From the NCBI RefSeq assembly GCF_030144855.1, contig NC_082731.1:26040001-26104000 (forward strand): a stretch of DNA of 64,000 bases, in the 5' to 3' direction. A program made the translations under genes and the position numbers. Below the pieces are notes generated by a model. That model was given only the letters and a program-made list of their open reading frames with translations, was not told where the DNA came from and ran no database searches. This DNA is from Hypanus sabinus (lineage: Eukaryota). Shown one piece after another: positions 24,900-37,974 of this stretch (the first letter of the stretch is position 1; each line of letters opens with the position of its first letter).

Positions 24900-26262
24900 T
24901 AAAGGATACTTTGCTTCAGCATTCTCTACAGAAAAGGCTCTTGGCGATTTTAGGGATGACTTAGAGCGGATTGAAAAGCAAGCATATAGACATAAAGAAA
25001 GTGGATGTGCTGGAGCTTCTGGAAAGCATCAAGTTAGATAGCTCTCCGGGATTGGATGAGATGTACACAGGCTACTGTGGGAGGCGAGGGAGGATTTGCT
25101 GAGCCTCTGGCAATAATCTTTGCATCAACAGTGAGTACTGAAAAGGTTAGGGAGGATTACAGAAGAGGGTTCCAGATGTTATTCCCTTATTCAAGAAAGG
25201 GAGTAGATCTCACCCAGGAAATTATAGAGCAGTGAGTCTTACTTCAGAGGTTGGTAACTTGATGTATAACATCCTGATAGGCAAGATATATGAACATCTG
25301 GAGAGCCATGATATGATTAGGAATTGTCATCATGGTCTTTTCAATGGCAAGACGTACCTTACGAACCCGATTGAATTTTGTGAAGTTGTGATTAAACTCA
25401 TCCATGAAGGTAGATTAGCAGATGTAGTGTATACGGATTTCGGAAAGCTATTTGATAAGGTACCCCATTCAAGGCCTATTGAGAAAGGAAGGTGGAATGA
25501 GATCCAAGGGGACAACTCTTAGTGGATCAAGAATTGGCCTAACCACAGTTCGCAAAAAGTGGTTGTAGACGTGTCATAATCTGTATGCAGGGCGGTATCT
25601 AGTGGTGTGCCTCCATGATCTGCTCTGGGATCCCTGCACCATGATTTTTACAAATGACCTGAATGAGGAAGCTGAGAGATAGGTTAGTAAGTTTGCTGAT
25701 GACACAAATATTTGGGGAGTTATGGACAGTTTGAAGAGCTATCAAAGGTTAAAGTGGGACATCGATAGGATGCAAAATTGGGTTGAGAAGTGCCCGATGG
25801 AGTTCAGCCCACATATGTGTGAGGTGGTTCATTTTGGCAGGTCAAATATGATGGCAGAATATCGTATTAAAACTCCTGGGTTATGGAGAATCAGAAGGAT
25901 CTTGGGGTCCACTCAATTCCGCTGAGCAGGTTGATTCTGTTGTTAAGAATGCATACGATACATTGTCCTTCATTAACCGTGGGATTGAGTTTAAGAGCCG
26001 AGAGATAATGTTACAGCTGTATAGGACACAGGTCAGACTCCACTTGCAGTACTACGCTCTGTTCTGGTCGCCTCACTAAAGGAAAAATGTGGAAACTCCA
26101 GAGAAAGTGCAGAGGAAATTTACAAGGATGCTGCCTGAATAGTTAATTTCCAAAGTAATTTTAGGTCATTTCTAAAGCGCGTGCATATTCGGCACAGCTT
26201 TGTGGGTCGAAGAGCCTGTATTGTGCTGCAGGTTTTCTATGTTTCTATGTCTATGTTTCTGT
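24900..26262 (+). mobile_element. Degenerate CR1 LINE; the same insertion is shared with ~39620-41335 and ~52110-53830
   Basis: ORFs 25232-25522, 39878-40288 and 52289-52750 (DVVYMDFSKSFDKVPH); identical flanking context and (ctatgttt)n tails in three units. Confidence 0.88.
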
Positions 26263-27199
26263 GCTATCTGGATTGGCTTGTATGATATACGAGGGTAATT
26301 TGAACAAACAAGGAAGGCATGATCTTTAGCACTAAAGCGGACGTGGTGAAATACCTAATATCAGAGAATTTAGTAGGGTTGATAATCACATCTTAGATGA
26401 AGCAGAGAATACCAAAGATAATAAACGAGAAAATATGAAATGCGAAGACTGAAAGTACCTGGAACTACAGCGCACATTGTGGAAACTGATAAGATTGTAA
26501 CATCTGAAGCCCTCCATTTCAGGCAACAGATGAAATCTATTGTCCATTCTTCGCAACCAGAATCACTCACCCATGCAGTTAATATCTGCTTTGCCTTATG
26601 ACTACAACCTCATGGTCGATGGCACAAATTCATTCTTCCAAATCACCCTCTATAAACATCAGTATACTCAAATATCAGCAGCCCATGTCATCATTTCGTG
26701 ACCCTACACTTGCCTGTCAACATTGGTCCTGGCATAGCGACAACTGGATAAGCACATACTGTATATACACAATGCTCACCACGGTATGATGAGCTTCTGC
26801 AGTTTTTCCCAATTTGTTCACAAAACCTTAACCTTTGATTCCACCCACTTTACCCCGCTTATCTTCGCCGCGCTATTAAACATATTGATTCCGGCCTATT
26901 AAAAAATCAAAATAATCGCACTTGAAAAGCAATCTTTGGCATATGGGTTGAAACCGTATAACTTGACAGAACCCAAGGAGGACACAAATAGAACTGAAAA
27001 TTGTACATCTAAACTGTACCCGACGTCATGAACGAAAGTCGGTTGTTGGAACTCTACGTTAACATTAGTTCAAGCTGCATGTCTCAATCGCACAGTTTTA
27101 ATCTCTAGAAAAGCAGTCACAGGATAGACGAAAGTTCATGGCACTCATCCAAGCAAGTTGGCTCCGATACTGCTTGTTAGCATTATATAAAAATGATAC

Positions 27200-29893
27200 A
27201 TAGAACCTAGAACATAGAATAGTACAGCACATTACAGGCCCTTCGGCCCACAATATTGTGTCGACCCTCAACCCCTACCTCCCATATAACCCTCCTCCTT
27301 AAATTCCTCCATATACCTGCCTAGTAATCTCTTAAACTTCACTTGGGTATCTGCCTCCAATACTGACTCGGGCAGAGCATTCCACACACCAACCACTCTC
27401 TGTGTGAAACTCAATCTATTCCTTTTAATATCTTGTACACCTCCATCATGTCCCCTCTCATCCTCCTTCTCTCCAAAGAGTAATGCCCTAGCTTCCTTAA
27501 TCTCTCATCATAATCCATACACTCTAAACCAGGCAACATCCTGGTAAATCTCCTCTGTACCCTTTCCAATGCTTCCACATCCCTCCTATAGTGAGGCCAC
27601 CAGAACTGGACACAGTACTCCAAGTGTGGCCTAACCAGAATTTTATAGAGTTGAATCATTACATTGCGTCTCGTAAACTCTATCCCATGAAGCTAACACC
27701 CCATAAGTTTTCTTAACTACCCTATCTACCTGTGAGGCAACTTTCAGGGATCTATGGATATGTACCCCTTGATCCTTCGGCTCCTCCACACTACCATGTA
27801 TCCTTCCATTTACTTTATAATCTACCTTGGAGTTTGTCCTTCCAAAATGTACCAGCTCACACTTCTCCGGGTGGAACTCCTTCTGCCACTTCTCAGCCTA
27901 CTTTTGCATCCTATCAATGACTGACTGCGATCTTCGATAATCCTCTATACTATCTACAACACCACCAACCTTTGTGTCATCTGAAATCTTGCCAAAACAG
28001 CCTTCTACCCCGACATGCAGGTCATTAATAAAAATCACGAAAAGTAGAGGTCCCAGAACAGATCCTTGTGGGACACCACTATTCACAACTCTACAATCCG
28101 AATGTACTCCCTCCACCACGGCCCTTTGCTTTCTGCAGGCAAGCCAATTCTGAATCCACCTGGCCAAACTTCCCTGGATCCCATGACTTCTGACTTTCGG
28201 AATAAGCCTACCGTGTGGAACCTTGTCAAATGCCTTAGTAAAATCCATGTAGATCACATCCAATACACTACTCTCATCTATATGCCTGATATCCTCCTCA
28301 AATAAGTATTTCAGGCTTGTTAGGCACGATCTGTCCTTCACAAATCCATGCTGACAGCCCCTGATCTGACCAGGATTCTCTAATTGCCCATCGATCCTAT
28401 CTCTAAGAATTTTTTCCAACAGCTTTCCTACCGCAGACGTAGGGCTCACTGTTCTATAATTTCCTGGACTATCCCTACTAACTTTTTTTGAACAAGGGAA
28501 TAACATTCGCCTCCCTCCAATCCTCCGGTACCATTGCCCTGGACAACGAGGACCTAAAGATCCTAGCCAGAGATTCAGCAATCTCTTCCCTCGCCTCGTG
28601 GAGCAGCCTGGGAAATATTCCGTCAGGCACTGGGGACTTATCCGTCCTAATATATTTTAACTACTCCAACACCTCCTCTCCCTTAATATCAACATGCTCC
28701 AGAACATCAACCTCACTCATATTGTCCTCAACGTCATCAAGTTCCCTCTCAGTGGTGAATACCGAAGAGAAGTATTCATTGAGAACCTCGCTCACTTCCT
28801 CAGCCTCCAGGCACATCTTCCCACTTTTCTCTCTAATCAGTCCGACCTTTACTCCTGTCATCCTTTTACTCTTCACATTATTGAAGAATGCCTTGGTGTT
28901 TTCCTTTACCCTTCTCACCAAGGCCTTCTTATGCTGCCTTCTTGCTCTTCTCAGCCCCTTTCTTGCGACCCTATATTCCTCAATAGACCCATCTGATCCT
29001 TGTTTCCTAAACCTCATGTATGCTGCCTTCTTCCACCTGTCTACATTTTCCACTTCACTGTCACCCATGGTTCCTTCACCCTAACATTCTTTATCTTCCT
29101 CACCGGGACAAATTTATCCCTAACATCCTGCAAGAGATACTTAAATATCGACCACATGTCCATAGTAAATTTCCCTTCAAAAACGTCATCCCACTTCACA
29201 CCCGCAAGTTCAAGCCTTATAACCTATACTTTGCCCTTCACCAGTTAAACATTTTCCTGTCCTTTCTGATTGTATCATTTTCCATGATAATGCTAAAGGC
29301 CAGGGAGCGGTGATCACTGTTCCACAGATGCTCACCCACTGACAGATCTGTGACCTGACCCTGTTCGTTACCTAATACTAGATAGTATGGCATTACCTGC
29401 TAGTCAGCTTGTCAACATTCTGTGACACGAAACGACCCTGGACACACTTAAAAAACTCTGCCCCATCTAAATCCTTGGAACTAATCCAATGCCAATCAAT
29501 ATTAGGGAAGTTAACGTCACCCATGATAACAAACCTGTTATTTTTGCACCTTTCCAAAATCTGCCTTCCCATCTGCTCCTTGGTATCTCTGCTGCTACCA
29601 GGGGGCCTATACAATATCCCCAGTAGATTAACTGCTTACTTCTTGTTCCTGTCTTTCACCCATATTGACTCAAAAGAGTATCCTGCTACATCACCCACCC
29701 TTTCTGCAGCTGTGATGGTATCCCTGATCAGTAATGCCATCCCTCCTCACCTTCCCCCCCCCATCCCTTTTAAAGTACTTAAATACAGGAATATTGAGAA
29801 TCCATTCCTGCCCTGATGCCAGCCAAGTCTCCGTAATCGCCACTACATCATAATTCCATGCATGTATCCAAGCTCTCAGTTCATCACCTTGGT
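27200..29893 (-). mobile_element. Younger CR1 LINE (endonuclease through 3' tail, frameshifted), at a deletion breakpoint
   Basis: ORFs 29691-30089 (VVAITETWL), 29393-29614, 28661-29068, 27898-28581 (QHGFVK..YMDFTKAFDKVPH..GVPQGSVLGP) and 27411-27659; (agaacat)n tail at ~27200. Confidence 0.93.
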
Positions 29894-31269
29894 TCCTGTT
29901 GCACAGCAGGGAACATGGAACCATTCTGCACACAACAGAATCAATAAACTTTAATGTGATAACAAACAAACATCCTATTCTTGTGATGTTTTCGAAGGAG
30001 AAAGATTGTCTCGGACACGATCTATAGAGTGATCCAATGGGGAAGCAGAAGGTCGTATTCCAGATGATGGGAGTACGGCAGCAAATCAAATCAGATGACT
30101 AGCGCAGGGGGATGGAAGAACAGACCACGAATACCACCACAACATGTCTGTCAAATTTAAGCTCAGTTCAAAAGTGTCTACAACAGATTTGCATCGGTGG
30201 TTAGATTTCCAGCATTTTGTTTTTTTTTTTTTTTTTGAAATCTTGTCATTAGGAAGGACTTCCATTCAGAATTACTGATATGAGGAAAGATATCGCTCTG
30301 CTTTACCCTACGAGCCTCTTTATGACTCCTGGCCTATCAATGTGTTTTCATCCAAAGGCTCTCTGAATGGCGACCCAGATGTGTAATTCATTCTGACTTT
30401 ACCAGCAAAGCCCAGAAATGCTGATGAGTAACTAAAATTGCCCGCCTGTTGTTCAAGTTACTACTCTATGAAATTAATACTATACCGAAAACAACCAGAC
30501 CGAATATCACCGATCTGATTTACCCTCGATTAGGTTGTACAAGTACCCAAATATGATCTTGTTGCAAATTTCTCTTGAGCCGACACAAGCATCTCCAGAT
30601 CCCCCCATCAGCCCAGCTCCCTGCTGTCAGTTTGATCGGTGGCTTTGAAAAGTACGCAAGGAACACAGACACGTACAAAACGTACTGGCCACCTGTTGGT
30701 CACGGGATGCGTGAGATCTTCGGCTGCAAAACTGCTCAACTGGCATTATTCTGCATCCTGCACTGTCAACACTGAGCAGCTCAGGGAACATCTGTGGTTT
30801 GTGAAACAGAGCTGCCGTTTCACATTAATGAACTTTCACCAAATCCTGTCAGTCTGATTGGAGGCAACGACGCTGTTTCCCTTTTTTATTGTACTGAATT
30901 TATTCCGATGAAACCAACTTATTTTTCATTGATTTCTGCAACCCCAAAATATCTCTGGACCTTCCTCAATTTAGCAATTGCTTCCGCATTGTGTCAGTTC
31001 ATATGGGGTTCATTGTCGTCTATTTTATTTCACTTGTCAGGACTGTAAGCACAGAGCTAATTCCCGGCCACCGGACCTAGAGGACCAGTGTATCGCTCTT
31101 AGCGCAGCCTCTGCGCTTTGATCCGCATGGCATGCGTGATCCTACCAGGCGCCAGAGCACAAGGCCCTCATTGTCACTGAGGAATGCAAGCTTCCAAACT
31201 TCTAGCAGCAGTGTGCTAAATGAAGCCTAAAACAAATATACCGATATTGTTCGTGTCATTGAGTACAAA

Positions 31270-31540
31270 AAAGAGCACATGGCTTTAAGGTAAGGGGAGG
31301 GAAGTTCAAGGGGCATAATAGAGGAAGGTTTTTCACTCAGAGAGTGGTTGGTGCGTGGAATGCACTGTCTGATTCATTGGTGGAGGCAGATACACTAGTG
31401 ACGTTTAAAAGACTACTAGACATGCATACGGAGGAATTTAAGGTGGGGGGTTAAATGGGAGGCAGGGTTTGAGGGTCGGCACAACATTGTGGGCCGAAGG
31501 GCCTGTAATGTGCTGTACTATTCTATGTTCTATGTTCAAT
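31270..31540 (+). mobile_element. CR1-family 3' tail fragment
   Basis: ttaaggtaaggggagggaagtt..tggaatgcactg..gggccgaagggcctgta..(ctatgtt)n. Confidence 0.75.
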
Positions 31541-33229
31541 GCTAAATATTTGCAAGTAATATTGCTGCTATACACAATGTTGGGTCGACCACATTTTGAA
31601 TATTACTGGCAGTTCTCGTCGTCACATTTTAGGAAGGATGAAAGGTTCTGGGTATGGCACAGAAGTGAGTCAATTGTATTTTTTCAGGGTTGCCATGTAT
31701 GCTATATGAGGGGTGTTTTGTCAAACTAGGATTGATTTATCTTGAGCCCTACAGCCTGTCGGCCGGGCTGATGATGTATAATGCCTTTTTTTGCCTAGAT
31801 GGAACCGTGAAATCCTCGGCCACATTGATTTAAGATGAAAGAGAGGTAGGCTAGATTTCCTACTATTATCACCACATTAAAGGTACTGACAGAGGGAGGT
31901 GTAACATAATACATCAGGTTGAAATAATTCAGCTGGAAAGGATGTCATGGAAGATAATCAGAGTATCTTACAGCACAGGAACGGGATTTTTTTGCCCGTT
32001 AGATGTGTATATATACAATCATTTCTTTTATAGGAATTTCACCCCATCACTTCTTTGCGTTTGCTATTCACTCACCTTCACAACTGTCTTCAAAACAACG
32101 TTTTGTATCAGCTGCACCACCTTATCGAGAGTCTTCGGAAATAACCATAGCCCCGTGTATGGGATAATATCACTGGGATATTCTTTATTTTCTCACCACA
32201 AACTTGCATCCTCTGGTTGAAACCTCGTGTACCGTGCGAAAAGGAGTCTGGCTACATCTGTACTGCTCACAATTTTATAAACTTCTACAAGGTTAGATTT
32301 CGCCTTCCGGCGAAAATAAATCCAGCTTTTTCAAGCTTTCCATATAATTAAAGCACTCCATCTCAGGCAACAGGTGAAATCTATTTTCCAGTCCTAGAAA
32401 ATCCTGAACCAGTCACCCATGCAGTTGGTATATTGGCGTCACTTATGGCTACACATTCATAGTCGATGGCCCATATCCTAACTTCTAAATGACCCAATGT
32501 CAACAGGAATACATTCAAATATCAGCTTCTGGTTTGCGACCCTACGCGTGCTATTCAACACTGGTCCGAATATGACGTCAAGTGGAAGATCCCATAGACA
32601 CTATGATCTTTTGCAGTTTTGACTTGTCTAACCACAAGACCATCACCGTTGATGCCACACATTTTGACCTGTCGTATCACCCGCTTCACTTTGCTGCCCT
32701 AGTGAACATATTGATTCTGGCCTCTAAAGAAAGGAAAATAATCCCTCTTTAACAAGCCTTTTTTCCTTCGAGGACACTTAATTTTCCTTATGCGTCGATA
32801 ATTGATGGTATGTCAAGAAAAGCGCTAACTGACTTAATGCAACATGAGAAAACATTCGATGCCCGGAGAAATATGTCACCTTGTTCTGCGAACTGACTGT
32901 ATTTTCCAGAAATCCCCTGCAAATTATCATAAGTTCAAACACCCACATTTCTAAATTACATTGATTAATCAAAGGTCTAGCATTAAAAAAAATGTTTGGC
33001 ATATTGTTGGAAACTGGATCACACGGCGGAACCCAGCAAGGCTCAAAGTCAACTGAAAAATGGCCACCTATACTGTACCCGAAATCATTAACGAAAACCG
33101 ATTGTTGGAGCTGTAAGGTAAACATTTCACGAGCGCGAATGTTCATAGCACTGATCGAAGAAAGCTGGCTACGCTGGTGCTTGCTGGACTTATATAAGAA
33201 TGATACATCCTATCCACAATATTTGAAGT

Positions 33230-33745
33230 GCAAACACGAGGAAATCTGCAGATGATGGAAATTCAAACAACACACACAAAATGCTGCTGGAACACAACAG
33301 ATCAGGCAGCATCTATAAGTAGAAACACTGCCGACTTTTCGGGCCCAGACCCTTCGTCAGGGCTAACTGAAAGGAAAGATAGTAAGTGATTTGAAAGTAG
33401 TGGGGGAGGGGAAAATGCGAAATGATAGGAGAAGACCGGAGGGGGTAGGACGAAGCTAAGAGCTGGAAAGGTGATTGGCGAAAGTGATACAGGGCTGGAG
33501 AAGGGAAAGGATCATGGGACGGGAGGTCTCGGGAGAAAGAAAGGGGGACGGGGGAAGCACCAGAGGGAGATGGAGTACGGGCAAACAACTAAATATGTCA
33601 GGGATGGGGTAAGAAGGGGAGGAAGGGCATTAACGGGTTAGAGAAGTCAATGTTCATACCATCATGTTGGAGGCTACCCACCCGGTATATAAGGTGTTGT
33701 TCCTCCAAACTGAGATTGGATTCATTTTGACAGCAGAAGAGGCCA
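33230..33745 (-). mobile_element. Penelope-like 3' fragment, the same insertion as 19532-20042
   Basis: ORF 33598-33807 (LEEQHLIYRVGSLQHDGMNIDFSN); left TSD tatttgaagt at 33220-33229, degenerate right copy. Confidence 0.8.
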
Positions 33746-36246
33746 CATTTTGAAGTAGTCATTAAGCCGTGTTCCCTGTTAATGTTAGACAGGAACGTTT
33801 GATGCACGGGTAGACCATGTCTTAGAAAATAAAATAAGATTTTGAAGCGAGACGAAGGTCTGGGTGGAGTAGTGCATGCTGTCTACATGTACAACAATAA
33901 AATCGTCAAGATCCTTGTTGGTAAACTGACCTAAAAGATTGAGGTCCATTGGATACATAGACTCTTGATGGATTAGTTGTAGAATTCCCTTGGCTATGCA
34001 AGAAAGACTGTAGTGATTTAGAAGAAGTCCGGCAGGTGCTGATTCGCCAGGAACGGCGCTGAAATCTCAACTGTTTTTGCTGTGCATAATTCTTTAAAGA
34101 AACTTGTAAAGTCGCTCATTAGGTCTGCCGACAAAGGGCATATTCTGTAACTGTAAATATCGCAGAGGTCTCCAAAATTGACACAGGAGGACATCGATAA
34201 ATTCGGCCAGGAAATTCGAGATTAGTTTTTTAATCGGTACAAGCGCGAAGCATTGCAATTCTGCCGGAAAATGTAAGAGGAAATGCCACGATAAATAGCA
34301 GAAACATGCCAGCATTGCGGTGCAGTGTGCCTGCTTTTGGCCAACTTCTCGACTGTGTCCCTGGTGTGGTTCAGGATCCTCATTTCTGCCGATACGGAGC
34401 CTCATAGGTGGAATGATAACAGCTTGGTTAGATATAGTTTGTATATTCCGAAAGCCAACTTTGCTCTTGAACATGACAGTGTTCAGGGTATCATTGACCG
34501 CGAATGTAGCTTTCGCTCAGAATTCACTCCTGCCAGTCACGCATTTCCTGGCTGGAGAGTCAGGAATACCTTTGCACATGGGTACTGATTTCTTATTCTT
34601 ATTTCAAAAAATAAAAATTTTGAACAGTTTGTAACCCTGTACAAACCACCAGATCCTTGAGAATCAGAGGGATCTGCCCTTTGAGCTCTTTCTCATCGGT
34701 AACCCTGCCAAGAAGCAAAGCACATGTTCTGAAACCAGGCAACATAGATCTTCGAGTCCGGCCTCCAAGCCTCCAAGCCCTACGAAAATATTGTGGTCTT
34801 TTTAGAGGGAAAAAAACGATCAGCTTTTTTATTACTGCCATGATGGGAATGTTGTGTCAGGTGGACTTAAAAGGTTTGGAACTTTCTTCACTGTTTATCC
34901 CAACATTGATCATTCAACCAGCATCACAGAATGTCTCATCTCTGTAGACGCAATTGCTTTTGCCAGAGATGCTGCTATATGTAATTTGCGACCAACCTTC
35001 CTTCAGTGACAACACTGTTCCACTTCAAAAAGTACTTCTTTGTCTCAAGAAACTGCATTGATTTCTCTAGAAGTCATGAACCTGCTGAATGACTGAAAGT
35101 TAGCTCGGTAAGGGTGAGTAATTATTTGATTAGTAATTATATCAGCGCGGTTTATATTTGAGTGTGGATGCAAGATTTGGGACAGACAGTGCTGCCATCA
35201 CCAGGGTCACTGAAAAAATAACCCATTCAGTTTGGATGCCCTCCACCGTGAGTTTCCTTTCAATGTCGACCGATTTAGAACTGCTTGCCGGCTAACTTGC
35301 TGTGTTTGGGGGAGGGGGAGGTCGGGTGTGTAATGTTACCAACAACAACAATATTCCCTGCCGTTTGTTTTCGCTACCAGAGCTCCTTGCATCAATGGTT
35401 CTGTTCCTCCCAACGGCTAAAACAGGTCAAGGAGTTTTCAAACACCCGTGATGGGAGACTTGCCAATGTATTGGGGCTGAAATTCATGTTGTCAAATCAC
35501 TGATAGAATCATTTCTTATCAGAAAATATTACCTCCATTTACTCGTTTAATATTGATTCTCGTGCTATGGGTGCAGATAGAAAACTGTTTTTGCTTATTA
35601 CATTTCCGTGCACTGTCCGGTGTCTCTCGAATGGTGTCCCAAAGGAGGATATCGGCCAGTTGGCAAGTGTGCTCAATCCCTGTCACTCAGAGCGATACCT
35701 GTCCACTAAATAGTGTCTCTCAGACTTTGCCTCTCCGGGCCTGCCAGTCGCTGTCTCTAGTTGGGCACCAGTCCATTGACTAGAACTTTTCAGTTCCCGT
35801 TTCTCGGGAGAATCTCTGTCCACTGACTTGTGTCTCAAACTTCCTGTCTCTCAGGGTGGTGTCCAGACACTGGCTGTTGTCTCCCAGCCCTTGTTTTTTA
35901 GAGAGAAATCTGTCCACTGACTTGTGTTTCTCATTCGTTCTCGCCGGTGTCCTCTGCGTTTCAGTTTGCACAAACTGTTTATCACCGAAACTGATGAGTG
36001 TGACAGATCTTCAATCCGGATCTGGTCACTGCCGCTGGCCTGTCTCCTGTACAGAGACGAATGTGTTTTGGAAAATTGAAATCTCTGCTGGGGGCGGGGA
36101 CAGGAAATTCTGTCTCTGTTTCCATTCTCTGGGAGTCTTTACAAGCCGGGGCGTCTCCTCTCACTGGCAGTCTCCGACTGTACTTGAACAGCGCTCTCTG
36201 CCTCTCGGGATAAAACCGGTCTCACCTGACACCGCTGATCTCAAAA

Positions 36247-36730
36247 ATGTACAAGTCGGAATCCGTGCTCAGCGCGATAGGGACCATTCCTTATTTCTGT
36301 CTCCTCCTGCTTTGCCTTCCAGGTGTCCGTCATGCAATTTATCATCTACCCAAGGCTGGCGGTTTTTCCGAGGCTTTGTGAATCAATGCCTGTAGAACAT
36401 TTTAATTAATTATGCTCTTCTTTTTTTTTTGAAAGGCGTGCAGTCCGATATTCTGCTGAAACAACGGGAGTCAGCTGTGGTAAAGCTTCGACAATCCCAC
36501 AAATTAACCTGTGTGGTCAGTGGGTTCAATCTTAACAGCTATGGCATGCACTGGGTGAAACAATTCTCCTGGAAAGGGCTGGAATGGCTGGCCGCTGTAT
36601 GGGATAATGGTATCAACTACGCGCCTGGAGTCGAAGGCCGATTCGAGGTTGCCAAGGACAGCAGCACCGTTTATCTGCAAATGAACAACCTGAGACTGGA
36701 CGACACGGCCACCTATTACTGTGCGAGAAA
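36247..36730 (+). CDS. IGHV: Ig heavy-chain V gene V3 (IgW-like), ORF-intact: leader 36247-36322, intron 36323-36435 (weaker AAG acceptor), V exon 36436-36730
   Basis: MYKSESVLSAIGTIPYFCLLLLCLP|[101 protein letters not shown]2 is one codon shorter than V2, and FR2 has an unusual Trp. Confidence 0.92.
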
Positions 36731-36769
36731 CACAGTGAGAGAAATCGGGAGCCGACCGGGACAAAAACA
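36731..36769 (+). other. 23-RSS of V3
   Basis: CACAGTG (36731-36737), 23 nt, ACAAAAACA (36761-36769). Confidence 0.96.
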
Positions 36770-37510
36770 CAGCTAAAGCGCCCACCAGTAAGGGGCAGAC
36801 GGAAATGTCAGTCGTGAACTGTCTCCCGTTCGTTCTGTGCTACATCCGCTCGACCACGCAATGGAAGGCGGATCCTCAACGGGAATTCCCGAAAAGAGAT
36901 GCTGGATGGATGGGCCCAGAATCTCAGACGGCAGCTCGGAGCCAAGTGCCGTCAGCGGGAATGGGCTCACCGATCCGTCTTCGTCTACATGTTACAATAA
37001 ATTGTCGGGGTATGCGGAACAGTAATGACCAGAGAAATATCTGTGTTCTGGTGCGGTTTGAGTGAAGAATGAGGTAGTGAGAGATTGTGACAGGGTCCGA
37101 GATTATCGAACGTTGGCGTGTCATATCGGCTATTTCATGCTGTACCACTGTGTGAGAAATGGCGGCTCTCAATATCTACTGCAACAAAACACATTTAACG
37201 AGGCTCTGCGTTCGCTTCTGCCGGCCTTTACCCTGAGATCCATGCATATAAATCGGATCCCGATTGCATAATCGTGAAATGGGTAAAGGTTCCTCTGGAA
37301 TTGAGTCTCAATGCGAACGGAACTGCCGAGGGGGAGCTGTCAGTTGAAGCCTGAAGAATGGTTCCGGTTGGTTATATCATATCCAATTCAGCAATGGGAT
37401 GCCGGAAATGAGACCTGTTGTGTGGGGCGCCCGGACCCAGAAGGAGGGTTTAATAGAGCCGCTGGCCGGCTGGGCGATCCACTGGATTTCGGGATAGATA
37501 CGATGAAATC

Positions 37511-37581
37511 GGATTGTGACCTGCAGTAAAGCAGTAAAACTCTGTGATATCCACCACGTGATAAGGAGCTGAACTGAAACT
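37511..37581 (+). pseudogene. IGHD: Degenerate D2 of cluster 3 (core ATATCCAC 37547-37554)
   Basis: ggattgtga, 20 nt (8-nt duplication), ctctgtg | atatccac | cacgtg, 12 nt, actgaaact; same lesions as cluster 2. Confidence 0.65.
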
Positions 37582-37893
37582 GATCTCGAGAACTGGGCGT
37601 CTGCATCCCTGTCTGTCTCCACGAGTTCTGCATTGCTGCCTACAAAGAGTCAAATCCCTGAAGGATGACTGAAACTGCCATGGCAAATGTTTATTTCTGT
37701 ACAAGTAAAATCCCAAGTTGATCGACTCTGATTCTCATGTTTGCACACAGGAAAACTGTGAGAATGCCTCCTTTATTCAGTGGACACAAAAAGCCAAGCT
37801 CGCAGTTTCGAATAAAAATCCAGGAAGTGGCTGCTACTGAACTGGATTCGTGTGGGCATTTTTAAGAGATCAGTGGATGTGACGGGCATCTGC

Positions 37894-37974
37894 AGTTACT
37901 GCATTGGGTGAATGGGGTGACGGAGCAGTGTGAAAATCTTGCCTACTAGGAGGGACCTCGCTGACAGAAACTTG
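37894..37974 (+). pseudogene. IGHJ: JH pseudogene of cluster 3 with 23-RSS
   Basis: agttactgc (37894-37902), 23 nt, cagtgtg (37926-37932), then AAT CTT GCC TAC TAG GA GGG ACC TCG CTG ACA = NLAY*..GTSLT. Confidence 0.8.
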
